DNA of 27,724 nt from a virus. Taxonomy: Duplodnaviria > Heunggongvirae > Uroviricota > Caudoviricetes. Position 1 is the first letter of the stretch. Every line of letters starts with the position of its first letter. The DNA is taken from positions 1-27,724 of the IMG/VR virus record IMGVR_UViG_2617270952_000002, one strand, 5' to 3'. The position numbers and the translations under genes are program-made. The notes beneath the pieces are model-generated. The model was not told where the DNA came from, made no database searches, and saw only the letters and a list, made by a program, of their open reading frames with translations. Below are positions 1 to 8,276 of the stretch, piece after piece.

Positions 1-549
1 CATGGCAACTGCAGTTCACTTACACCGCTTCTCAACCCGGTACGCACCAGAAAATCATTGATATGGCCATGAATGGCGTTGGATGCCGGGCAACTGCCCG
101 CATTATGGGCGTTGGCCTCAACACGATTTTACGTCACTTAAAAAACTCAGGCCGCAGTCGGTAACCTCGCGCATACAGCCGGGCAGTGACGTCATCGTCT
201 GCGCGGAAATGGACGAACAGTGGGGCTATGTCGGGGCTAAATCGCGCCAGCGCTGGCTGTTTTACGCGTATGACAGTCTCCGGAAGACGGTTGTTGCGCA
301 CGTATTCGGTGAACGCACTATGGCGACGCTGGGGCGTCTTATGAGCCTGCTGTCACCCTTTGACGTGGTGATATGGATGACGGATGGCTGGCCGCTGTAT
401 GAATCCCGCCTGAAGGGAAAGCTGCACGTAATCAGCAAGCGATATACGCAGCGAATTGAGCGGCATAACCTGAATCTGAGGCAGCACCTGGCACGGCTGG
501 GACGGAAGTCGCTGTCGTTCTCAAAATCGGTGGAGCTGCATGACAAAGG
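1..549 (+). mobile_element. IS1 fragment (3' part of insA plus insB; right terminus missing, abutting IS30 sequence)
   Basis: Frames translate to IS1 InsA C-terminus and InsB; A6C frameshift motif ttaaaaaac at 138..146; IS1-like sequence stops near 549 where reverse-complement IS30 sequence begins. Confidence 0.85.
3..164 (+). CDS. insA: IS1 InsA, C-terminal part (5' end outside window)
   Basis: Translation ...[46 protein letters not shown] matches remembered InsA C-terminus; stop at 162..164. Confidence 0.8.
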
Positions 550-565
550 GTTTTGTTCGCCTTAA
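83..565 (+). pseudogene. insB: IS1 InsB transposase with altered C-terminus (last codons read into IS30-derived sequence)
   Basis: ORF track 160 aa [21 protein letters not shown]...; matches InsB until ...SVELHDK then diverges (GFCSP*) at the IS1/IS30 junction. Confidence 0.8.
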
Positions 566-1015
566 CCATCCTGATATTTGCTCTGGAGACCATTTCATCT
601 CCAGCTTTTCCAGAACAAGCTTTCGCAATGGTAAATTTTGATCCAGTAAGCACGGTTTTGGCCTTTTCGCCATTCTGTTGGCTCGGTTATTAGCATCAAC
701 AGCTTTGTAATAGCGGCTGCCCCGATTACGCTGAACTTCACGTGAGATCGTCGAAGGACTGCGATTCAGCGCAGTAGCTATCGCACGAATGCTCATTTTG
801 GCTGACAAACCAGCTCGTATCTCCTCGCGCTCAGACAGTGTCAGGTGAGCTACAGCCCGCTTACGCTCATGGGGGTTTTATGCCGCCAGTATCCCTTAAA
901 CATAGTGAAGATCGGGTTTTGAACCCAGGATATTCGCTATTTCACTGAAGCCAGTTCCGTTCTTCCATAGTTCAAAAACAGAGGCTTTTTCCTCTGCTGT
1001 AAATGTTCGTCTCAT
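550..1015 (-). pseudogene. IS30 transposase, N-terminal ~130 codons only, frameshifted
   Basis: ATG at 1015 (minus); track ORF 521..808 covers the downstream part in another frame; C-terminal two thirds of the transposase absent. Confidence 0.75.
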
Positions 1016-1076
1016 TCAAAAAAACTCCGCAACCCCATGTTTTCACATAACTGTTGCGTTGACCAATTGAATCTAC
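550..1076 (-). mobile_element. IS30 fragment (left end and 5' part of transposase gene, inverted; 3' part missing)
   Basis: Minus-strand translation gives IS30 transposase N-terminal region ([17 protein letters not shown]... then ...LSAKMSIRAIATALNRSPSTISREVQRNRG...) with a frameshift near 880-900; terminal sequence ggtagattcaattggtcaacgcaacag (rc of 1050..1076) resembles the IS30 inverted repeat. Confidence 0.8.
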
Positions 1077-1340
1077 CGTAGCCTTTTTTAATATTTCATT
1101 CTCCATTTCAATGCGTTGTAGCTTTTTCCTCAGCTTACGTATTTCGATTTGTTCTGGTGTTATCGGAGAGGCTTTTTGTGTTTTTCCCTGACGCTCATCA
1201 CGCAGTTGTTTGACCCATCTTGTCATTGTGGAAAGGCCAACATCCATAGCTTTGGCGGCATCTGCCACCGTGTATTTCTGGTCAACAACCAGTTGAGCGG
1301 ATTCGCGTTTAAACTCTGCGCTAAAATTTCTTTTTTTCAT
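972..1340 (-). pseudogene. insN: IS911 OrfA (InsN-like) truncated by IS30 insertion; C-terminal residues are read-through into IS30 end
   Basis: [53 protein letters not shown]...; same IS911::IS30 arrangement I recall from the E. coli K-12 chromosome. Confidence 0.8.
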
Positions 1341-1412
1341 TGGAGCACCTGTGTTGTTCTGAGGTGAGCATATCACCTCTGTTCAGGTGGCCAAATTCAG
1401 TGTGCCACTTCA
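1077..1412 (-). mobile_element. IS911 left-end fragment interrupted by IS30
   Basis: rc of 1341..1412 matches remembered IS911 left inverted repeat (tgaagtggcacactgaatttggccacctgaacagaggtgatatgctcacctcag...); orfA follows. Confidence 0.8.
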
Positions 1413-1465
1413 ACGCACCAAAATTCGCAGCTGGTGAGGTATTTGGGCTTCAGGAGGCGTCCGGC

Positions 1466-1630
1466 ATGAAAGGCGTTCTTTTCCGTGCTAAAGACGCAAT
1501 CAAGGAAAAATTCGGCGCTCGCTGGCTGCCAGCGAAGGCGAAGAACAGCGATTTCCCGGGCAACTGGTGGATTATCGAGACAAAACACAACGTGGCGGAC
1601 GTTCTGGCCGTCATCCAACAATACGCATAA
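1466..1630 (+). CDS. hypothetical small protein (54 aa), first gene of a three-gene operon
   Basis: ATG at 1466 preceded by AGGAGG (7-8 nt spacing); the longer track ORF 1340..1630 starts inside the IS911 inverted repeat, so the internal start is preferred. Confidence 0.4.
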   Translation: MKGVLFRAKDAIKEKFGARWLPAKAKNSDFPGNWWIIETKHNVADVLAVIQQYA

Positions 1631-1663
1631 CAGGAGCGCCCGGTTCGCCGGGCGTCGCATAAT

Positions 1664-2104
1664 ATGGTCACACTATCTGATACAATAAAACCGAATAAAA
1701 CATATCTTGAGGCGGTACTCCGTACAGCGTTGTTAGGAAAAACAGAAGACGAATACGTTGATTTCTTCCTGTCAGGGCTACGCGGGCGATTACTAAAAAA
1801 CCCCCGCCTGTACCGCAGCTATGGTCCATACTGGCCGGAAATTAAAAAATTATTACTGGAGCGCGGTTATGGTAATTTCGGTCGTCTCGTTGACCGTGAC
1901 GTTCGCAAAATTTACCGTTATGACCGCCCGGCGCTAACACTCATAGCCGCGACGCTCTACAGCCAGGAGCGTTTTGATAATGGTCAGATATACTCAGCCT
2001 GGCATTTACTGCCAGTGCCTGAAGAAGTTGACGACCAGGACTATGAGTTTGAGTCTTACGATTTGGAAGTTGAAGCCTTAGCACAGGCTGGAGATAAAAC
2101 TTGA
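1664..2104 (+). CDS. hypothetical protein (146 aa) with acidic C-terminal tail
   Basis: Track ORF; 33-bp gap after upstream ORF; no motif recognised by eye. Confidence 0.5.
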   Translation: MVTLSDTIKPNKTYLEAVLRTALLGKTEDEYVDFFLSGLRGRLLKNPRLYRSYGPYWPEIKKLLLERGYGNFGRLVDRDVRKIYRYDRPALTLIAATLYSQERFDNGQIYSAWHLLPVPEEVDDQDYEFESYDLEVEALAQAGDKT

Positions 2105-2349
2105 AAAAGCGATACTACACAGTAAAGCATGGGACGCTACGAGCATTACAAGAGTTTGCTGACAAGCATAACGTTGAGGTGCGCAGGGAAGGGGGAAGTA
2201 AAGCTCTGCGCATGTACCGTCCTGACGGAAAATGGCGGACGGTCGTCGATTTCAAAACAAACAGCGTTCCCCAGGGCGTCCGCGACCGGGCATTCGAAGA
2301 ATGGGAGCAGATCATCATAGATAATGCTCTGCTACTAAATGCTGACTGA
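2101..2349 (+). CDS. hypothetical protein (82 aa), TTG start overlapping upstream stop (TTGA)
   Basis: Track ORF; 4-nt start/stop overlap suggests translational coupling with the 146-aa gene. Confidence 0.4.
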   Translation: MKKRYYTVKHGTLRALQEFADKHNVEVRREGGSKALRMYRPDGKWRTVVDFKTNSVPQGVRDRAFEEWEQIIIDNALLLNAD

Positions 2350-2387
2350 GTTTAATATTACAATATTATCTGGGAGATAAATGCATC

Positions 2388-3122
2388 TTATTTCCCAGAT
2401 GATAACTGATGTTTTGCATATTCACATGGTGTACAATTATAATACTGCCTAAATAGGTACACAAAGTACGATATACTACTAAAACCACAACTTTCTGATA
2501 CTTGTTTGAGGGGGCGGTTTTGCTTTAGTAATTTAATAGCAAAAGCCATCCGTGTATCAAGTAATAACTTACTGAAGGAGGTGTTTTCTAATAATAGTTT
2601 TTTCTTTATTAAACTCTCACTCATGTATAGATAATCAGTTAAATCTCTTAGTTTCCAATGTTTAGATACATCTGAAAGAAATATGCTGCGTACTTTCCCT
2701 GAGAAAGTAGGCATGCCAGACGTAAGAAAAGCTCTAAGGTTGTCAACATCACTAAAAATTGAAAGTAATGAAAAAGTTAAAGCATCCTTAAAATCAGGAT
2801 GTATATGATTCTGGTCACTTATATTATCGATCATCCTGATTAATAAATCAGGATAAGCAAAAGACTTTTTTAGCAAATGTGGGCATTTATCCAGAAGTTG
2901 CTTCCCTTGGTGATTGTGACAAGATAAATAGTTTCTTACAGCACTATCATTAAGTTCGAATTCGATATATTTATCTGAATAGGTTTGTAAGAATTCGCGT
3001 TCAGAATGTTTAAGCAACAGCACATCACCATAATTTAATATTAAGAAATCCTTAAGAAATTGAAAAATTATCGGTTTTTTTATTAGGATGAAGTAACAGA
3101 CTCCTGACATAGCTACCACCAT
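2388..3122 (-). CDS. AraC/XylS-family transcriptional regulator
   Basis: C-terminal tandem HTH region typical of AraC family (...WKLRDLTDYLYMSESLIKKKLL...LLDTRMAFAIKLLKQNRPLKQVSESCGFSSISYFVYLFRQYYNCTPCEY); gene is strongly AT-rich relative to flanks. Confidence 0.8.
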   Translation of the reverse strand: MVVAMSGVCYFILIKKPIIFQFLKDFLILNYGDVLLLKHSEREFLQTYSDKYIEFELNDSAVRNYLSCHNHQGKQLLDKCPHLLKKSFAYPDLLIRMIDNISDQNHIHPDFKDALTFSLLSIFSDVDNLRAFLTSGMPTFSGKVRSIFLSDVSKHWKLRDLTDYLYMSESLIKKKLLLENTSFSKLLLDTRMAFAIKLLKQNRPLKQVSESCGFSSISYFVYLFRQYYNCTPCEYAKHQLSSGK

Positions 3123-3345
3123 TCTAAAGAGGCTTTGAACAAGAATAGAGATACAGCAGCACTGAAATCAAGAAGTTGTGCAAAAAATAAAAATATTGAT
3201 TTGTGTCACAGTTGCTGTTTTTTTATTATTGAATTTTTATCAATTTCACTACAGATAAATAAATTGACATAGTGTGTAACCCCTGTAAATATAAAGGGCA
3301 CTTTATCTGCTAAAGCCAACCAATTTAAAAATAGAGGGTGGGAGC

Positions 3346-4035
3346 ATGGAAGTTATCTACATAGTAGAACCAATCATTTCCACAAGCACTAACAAGTTGA
3401 TAGCAGTGGAAGTGTTGAGCAGATTTTATTCCAACGAGGGGGCTATTCTTTCTACTCAGAAAGTATTGGGTATGTTTACAAGCAAGATGAAGATTAACTT
3501 GCTAAAATCTCAACTTAACACAATAATCAAATATAAGTATTTTTTTGAACGCCATAATATATTATGCTCTATCAATGTAGATTATGATACCTGTTTATAT
3601 ATATATGGCAATAAACAAATTCAAGAACTACTAATAAACAATAAATTTATAGCGATTGAAATATCAGAAAACTATCCTGATTTAAGCGATGAGGATTACA
3701 TCATATCCTTTCTACTGACTTTGACAGATAATGTTTGGCTTGATGATTTTGGAAGTGGTAACGCCACCATGAAAGCATTAATTAAAAATAAATATCATGC
3801 AATAAAACTTGATAAGTCATTTTTTCAAGAGCATATGATTAAGCCTCATTTTGATGTCATTATTAGCAATTTAAAAAAGTTATGTCCGAATATCATCGCT
3901 GAAGGCGTCGAAAACATTGATTGTCATAAGTTATCAAAAGGGATAGGACTATGGGGCGCTCAGGGATATTTTTTCCCATCAATTCCGCTGACGGAGATTG
4001 AGTCCATAGATAGTAAGTGGCTATCAGATTTATGA
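3346..4035 (+). CDS. standalone EAL-domain protein (putative c-di-GMP phosphodiesterase)
   Basis: EAL-fold signature residues visible: EVLSR, N in SINVD, EISE, DDFGSG, KLDK, EGVE, QGY; AT-rich; divergent from the AraC gene across an AT-rich 223-bp intergenic region. Confidence 0.8.
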   Translation: MEVIYIVEPIISTSTNKLIAVEVLSRFYSNEGAILSTQKVLGMFTSKMKINLLKSQLNTIIKYKYFFERHNILCSINVDYDTCLYIYGNKQIQELLINNKFIAIEISENYPDLSDEDYIISFLLTLTDNVWLDDFGSGNATMKALIKNKYHAIKLDKSFFQEHMIKPHFDVIISNLKKLCPNIIAEGVENIDCHKLSKGIGLWGAQGYFFPSIPLTEIESIDSKWLSDL

Positions 4036-4088
4036 GATGCAGAGAGTTAGGATATTGATATGAACATCTAAGCACCTCATTACTGTGC

Positions 4089-4760
4089 TTAAAAGATGTT
4101 ATCCTTACCTGTTAATTTACCTTGAGGAACTTTAGTGAGCTCCATCCGATAAAATGCTTTTATCATATTTACAAATGGCTCATATGGTGAATATTCGTTG
4201 TCTTGTTTAGTAACGGTGTCTGTCATTGTCCTGATGTAGTCTGCGCTTACCACGTTGTTGTATTCTGTTGCGAAGCAGCATAACAACGTCAGAACATGCT
4301 CTGTCGTTATTTCGCTCCAGTTGATGTTGAAAAACTCATCGCCTTTTTTATCGTGTTCGGAATCGAAGATGCTTTGGTGGAGGATGTATTTGCCGGATTC
4401 CTTGCGCGGTAACTTGATCGCTTTCTGGCGTTCCAACTCCTTGTAAATCTGCATTGCTTCAATTAGTACCGGCCTGCCGTTCATGAAGGGATCGCGCAAC
4501 CTTACACGCTGGCCAACTCGACCAGTAATAAAGCTGTTTTCCTCTTCCACCAGCACGATAAAACCCTTTTCCTCTTTTTCTCGCAATTCGCGCAGCAGCT
4601 GGAGTTCCATGTCGCGGCGGCGTTCAGGGTATCTGGTCCGCTCAGCCATTATCAGCTCGTTGTTGATCCATGCAGCAGTCATTGACGCCGGTTTGCCGAC
4701 GTTCATCGAAACAACGCATATTTTCTTATCCATAGCTCCCCCTACAAAAAGAAAAGCCAC
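4089..4760 (-). CDS. hypothetical protein (occupies the position of P1 mat, downstream of ref); alternative start at 4733
   Basis: Track ORF 223 aa; assignment by position only (from memory of P1 order cre-cra-ref-mat). Confidence 0.5.
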   Translation of the reverse strand: MAFLFVGGAMDKKICVVSMNVGKPASMTAAWINNELIMAERTRYPERRRDMELQLLRELREKEEKGFIVLVEEENSFITGRVGQRVRLRDPFMNGRPVLIEAMQIYKELERQKAIKLPRKESGKYILHQSIFDSEHDKKGDEFFNINWSEITTEHVLTLLCCFATEYNNVVSADYIRTMTDTVTKQDNEYSPYEPFVNMIKAFYRMELTKVPQGKLTGKDNIF

Positions 4761-4921
4761 CAGCGGCGGCTTAGCAATACAACTGAAGGTAGCGCCCGGT
4801 ACTCAGACTGTGCCGTCCATGGAATATTTGAAAAGGGATCCATCCGTACCGGGCATGTGATGATTCTGACTGAAGTCACTTGTCAGTTGTCAATTATTTC
4901 AGATTAAAAATAATATATTTA

Positions 4922-5482
4922 TTAGTGCATGATGTTTGCCATCTCATAGGCGTCAGCCAGCAATTCCATCTCTGACTTGTTCAGCAAGGTGAATTCTTTC
5001 TTGCCTCCAACCACACCATCGGCATGAACGGGGACCAGCCAGGGGTATTTTTCTCTTACTTCAGCCGGTGCTGCATGCTGGTGGTGCCATCTACAAAGGG
5101 GCAATTGCTTTTTGTGACAACCCTGCGCGGTACGACCGGAGATATGGTGCAGAGACACCTCTTCAGATATTACTCCATGCATGTAGCAGGCAATGCAGGG
5201 GAGAGTGCCAAGAGCATTGGCGATGGTCCGTTCCTCCGCCGTCGGTGTTCGCCCCTTCAAGCCACGAGATTTTATTTTTACCGCACTTTTCCGCGTTTTG
5301 CTGGCTGGTGGGCGCTCTTTCTGTTTAGCGATACGGCGGTCGATAGAATCCCGCATTTTCTGATATTGCGATTCTCGCCAGGCGGGGTCAGCCAACTTTT
5401 CCCGTTGCCGAGCGATCGCTCGTTCTCTGGCTGCCTTCTGCCACTCGCGGCGCTGTTCAAGTTTTTGTTCGATTGTTTTCAT
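4922..5482 (-). CDS. ref: Ref, recombination enhancement function (HNH-type nuclease)
   Basis: 186 aa; Cys/His HNH-like motif CIACYMHG...SLHHISGRT...CHKKQLPLCRWHHQ; adjacent to cre with a C1 operator upstream as in P1. Confidence 0.85.
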   Translation of the reverse strand: MKTIEQKLEQRREWQKAARERAIARQREKLADPAWRESQYQKMRDSIDRRIAKQKERPPASKTRKSAVKIKSRGLKGRTPTAEERTIANALGTLPCIACYMHGVISEEVSLHHISGRTAQGCHKKQLPLCRWHHQHAAPAEVREKYPWLVPVHADGVVGGKKEFTLLNKSEMELLADAYEMANIMH

Positions 5483-5579
5483 ATGGCAAAAAAAAGCGGC
5501 CTAATGGCCGCCAATGATGTCAAGGAGTGTAGTAATAGCAACGTCTTCGTAGTTGACAAAAACTGCGGTTAAATTATAT

Positions 5580-5596
5580 CAATCAATTAGAGCAAT
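5580..5596 (-). promoter_or_regulatory. C1 operator upstream of ref (overlapping a TATAAT -10 on the minus strand)
   Basis: caatcaattagagcaat; about 14/17 match to rc of ATTGCTCTAATAAATTT. Confidence 0.6.
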
Positions 5597-5729
5597 GGTA
5601 GGTATTTTTTTTATCGCGAATCACATTTTTTTACTTCAGTACCTGTGTGCTATACTCCTTCTTGATTGATTGGATGCGGAATACAAACCCGCTCTTTTGT
5701 GCAGCCTGGCTCCTTGCCAGGCTTTTTTT

Positions 5730-6041
5730 TTATTTCATCATGGAAGCTGTTAACGCTTTGGACCTTGCTGAACTGATTGAAAGGGCATTGTTTACCTTAC
5801 CCAGGAGTTCGCCAAATTCCGCCATCACTCTAGTAAGCCCGCGCCGCGCTTCCTCCTCCGTTGCATTCATCACAAAATGTTCAGCACTCCGCATGCTTTT
5901 AACGGGGAACGCAACAGATATCGAGTCGATATCAGGCATCCTATCGCTCAACTTTACGGTGACAATGACGGCTGGCGACTGAATATTAGTGCTTACAGAC
6001 AGCACTACATATTTTCCGTCGATGTTGAAATCCTTTCTCAT
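5730..6041 (-). CDS. hypothetical protein (103 aa) between cre and ref (position of P1 cra)
   Basis: Track ORF; C1 operator immediately upstream at 6058..6074. Confidence 0.5.
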   Translation of the reverse strand: MRKDFNIDGKYVVLSVSTNIQSPAVIVTVKLSDRMPDIDSISVAFPVKSMRSAEHFVMNATEEEARRGLTRVMAEFGELLGKVNNALSISSARSKALTASMMK

Positions 6042-6057
6042 ATGTCACCATAAATAT

Positions 6058-6074
6058 CAAAGAATTAGAGCAAT
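6058..6074 (-). promoter_or_regulatory. C1 operator-like site
   Basis: caaagaattagagcaat; about 13/17 to operator consensus. Confidence 0.45.
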
Positions 6075-6091
6075 AATTTACGCGTTAATGG

Positions 6092-7123
6092 CTAATCGCC
6101 ATCTTCCAGCAGGCGCACCATTGCCCCTGTTTCACTATCCAGGTTACGGATATAGTTCATGACAATATTTACGTTGGTCCAGCCACCAGCTTGCATGATC
6201 TCCGGTATTGAAACTCCGGCGCGGGCCATATCTCGCGCGGCTCCGACACGGGCACTGTGTCCAGACCAGGCCAGGTATCTCTGACCAGAGTCATCCTTAG
6301 CGCCGTAAATCAATCGATGAGTTGCTTCAAAAATCCCTTCCAGGGCGCGAGTTGATAGCTGGCTGGTGGATGATGGCGCGGCAACACCATTTTTTCTGAC
6401 GCGGCAAAACAGGTAGTTATTCGGATCATCAGCTACACCAGAGACAGAAATCCATCGCTCAACCAGTTTAGTTACCCCTAGGCTAAGTGCCTTCTCTACA
6501 CCAGCGGTGCTAACCAGCGTTTTCGTTCTGCCAATATGGATTAACATTCTCCCACCGTCAGTACGTGAGATATCTTTAACCCTGATCCTGGAAATTTCGG
6601 CTATACGTAACAGGGTGTTATAAGCAATCCCCAGAAATGCCAGATTACGTATATCCTGGCAGCGCTCACTATTTTCCATGAGTGAACGAACCAGGTCGAA
6701 ATCAGTGCGTTCGAACGCCAGCGCCTGTTTTGCACGCTCACCGGCATCAACGTTTTCTTTTCGGATCCGTCGCATGACCAGTGAAACAGCATTGCTGTCA
6801 CTTGGTCGTGGCAGCCCGGACCGACGATGAAGCATGTTTAGCTGGCCCAAATGTTGCTGGATAGTTTTTACTGCCAGACCGCGCGCCTGAAGATATAGAA
6901 GATAATCGCGAACATCTTCAGGTTCTGCGGGAAACCATTTCCGGTTATTCAACTTGCACCATGCCGCCCACGACCGGCAAACGGACAGAAGCATTTTCCA
7001 GGTATGCTCAGAAAACGCCTGGCGATCCCTGAACATGTCCATCAGGTTCTTGCGAACCTCATCACTCGTTGCATCGACCGGTAATGCAGGCAAATTTTGG
7101 TGTACGGTCAGTAAATTGGACAT
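6092..7123 (-). CDS. cre: Cre site-specific tyrosine recombinase
   Basis: 343 aa MSNLLTVHQNLPALPVDATSDEVRKNLMDMFRDRQAFSEHTWK...; matches remembered P1 Cre almost throughout; loxP lies about 420 bp upstream. Confidence 0.97.
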   Translation of the reverse strand: MSNLLTVHQNLPALPVDATSDEVRKNLMDMFRDRQAFSEHTWKMLLSVCRSWAAWCKLNNRKWFPAEPEDVRDYLLYLQARGLAVKTIQQHLGQLNMLHRRSGLPRPSDSNAVSLVMRRIRKENVDAGERAKQALAFERTDFDLVRSLMENSERCQDIRNLAFLGIAYNTLLRIAEISRIRVKDISRTDGGRMLIHIGRTKTLVSTAGVEKALSLGVTKLVERWISVSGVADDPNNYLFCRVRKNGVAAPSSTSQLSTRALEGIFEATHRLIYGAKDDSGQRYLAWSGHSARVGAARDMARAGVSIPEIMQAGGWTNVNIVMNYIRNLDSETGAMVRLLEDGD

Positions 7124-7130
7124 TTAACAC

Positions 7131-7352
7131 TCAGATAATGGTTTTAAGTAAAGTGTACAGGATCGGCTCTGCCTTTACCTGTTTATGGTTCTCGTCATAG
7201 AAACGCCAGCGACCACGCGTGCGTTCTATTTTCTCTTCACCGCGCGATAATGACAGTTGACAACTATCACGATCAAACCCTTTTGCCCGCCAGTAACCAC
7301 GGTTTTTCTCAAGCTCAATATGAGTGGACACTTTAGCAGCTGAATATCCCAT
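7131..7352 (-). CDS. hypothetical 73-aa ORF in the cre upstream region
   Basis: Track ORF; GAGGTG 8 nt before ATG; stop 8 bp before cre ATG. Confidence 0.35.
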   Translation of the reverse strand: MGYSAAKVSTHIELEKNRGYWRAKGFDRDSCQLSLSRGEEKIERTRGRWRFYDENHKQVKAEPILYTLLKTII

Positions 7353-7449
7353 TTTTCACCTCTGATTGATTGGTGGTGCTAAGTGCGCTACGCGAAATCT
7401 GGAGCACTAACACTGCCAACATTTCGCAGATTTTACGTAGCGCAACCTT

Positions 7450-7522
7450 GATCAAATGATCAAGTGATCACTATTTGACCTGATAAGGTATTTAACTGTA
7501 TGGATTTACAGGTAAATTGATC
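7450..7522 (-). promoter_or_regulatory. cluster of four GATC (TGATCA) Dam sites in the cre promoter region
   Basis: GATC at 7450, 7458, 7466 and 7519; cre promoters are known to be Dam-regulated. Confidence 0.55.
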
Positions 7523-7541
7523 ATGTTCAATAACCCTTAAG

Positions 7542-7575
7542 ATAACTTCGTATAATGTATGCTATACGAAGTTAT
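7542..7575. other. loxP: loxP recombination site
   Basis: Exact ATAACTTCGTATA-ATGTATGC-TATACGAAGTTAT. Confidence 0.97.
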
Positions 7576-7618
7576 TAGGTCCGAAGAGGAGTTTACGTCC
7601 AGCTGCGCATAAAAATCA

Positions 7619-7635
7619 AGAATTATTAGAGCAAT
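7619..7635 (-). promoter_or_regulatory. C1 operator
   Basis: agaattattagagcaat; 15/17 to rc consensus. Confidence 0.6.
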
Positions 7636-7694
7636 AAATTTTGAGAGAAAAATCCAACTCCACCAGCCAAAAACTGGATTGTTTTTCATAGTTG

Positions 7695-7722
7695 TTTGAC
7701 AATTGCTCTAATGAATTATAGT
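7695..7722 (+). promoter_or_regulatory. sigma70-like promoter (TTGACA-16-TATAGT) with embedded C1 operator 7702..7718, reading toward coi/c1
   Basis: ttgaca ATTGCTCTAATGAATTA tagt; operator 15/17. Confidence 0.65.
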
Positions 7723-7956
7723 TTTGCCGCCGTTTCGTAATACGACTTTGGATTCACTATTTAATGTGTCTTCAGCGTTGTAGAGCGGCTCAGAAGGAAA
7801 TGAGCAAACAGGGAAACCTTATACAACGGCATTACAGCTATGCATTGCTCATCTTACACACAGCGCAATGTTGTTAGATTACCCCAGCATGGATCATGGG
7901 TGAAACAGTAGGTCAGAGCTTCAGGCTCTGTGTTGTCAATACAGTGAGGCATAATT

Positions 7957-8166
7957 ATGGCTTTCATTCAACCAACCATCGACGACGTTAGACATTGCTC
8001 TAACGCTTTATCTGTAGACCCTGCCGAAACCGACGCTGCCCGCGCCATTGCTGAACACTACTCAAAGATATCCAATCAGGAGTACCGCATCACCCAAGAC
8101 GACCTGGATGACCTCACTGACACAATCGAATATCTCATGGCAACTAACCAGTTAGACTCACAATAA
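7957..8166 (+). CDS. coi: Coi, C1 inactivator
   Basis: 69 aa, immediately upstream of c1; size and position as in P1 immC. Confidence 0.85.
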   Translation: MAFIQPTIDDVRHCSNALSVDPAETDAARAIAEHYSKISNQEYRITQDDLDDLTDTIEYLMATNQLDSQ

Positions 8167-8182
8167 ATGCACTAATAAATCT
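8166..8182 (+). promoter_or_regulatory. weak C1 operator-like site between coi and c1
   Basis: aatgcactaataaatct; 14/17. Confidence 0.35.
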
Positions 8183-8276
8183 ATTATTTTTGTTTGATCC
8201 CTCTATAATATAGGTCAGTAATGACCGGTTTTCTCAGCCGGGCGTTATTGACCATGTCAATTCTGGAGGAGGATCA

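Noticed and set aside
1340-1465. N-terminal extension of the 96-aa ORF (1340..1630)
   Set aside because: The first ~42 codons are read from the IS911 terminal inverted repeat; an internal ATG at 1466 with an AGGAGG SD is the more plausible start
4036-4088. Hairpin taagcac-ctcattact-gtgctta between the convergent EAL and mat-position genes as a bidirectional terminator
   Set aside because: No flanking T-run on either strand; too weak to call
5024-5572. 182-aa plus-strand ORF
   Set aside because: Entirely antisense to ref, which has a clear HNH motif and an operator-controlled promoter; no SD; treated as a shadow ORF
7450-7522. TGATCA/GATC hexamer cluster considered as a P1 pac packaging site
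   Set aside because: It lies between cre and loxP, not inside a terminase small-subunit gene, and matches the known Dam-methylated cre promoter region; no second flanking hexamer cluster in pac-like arrangement
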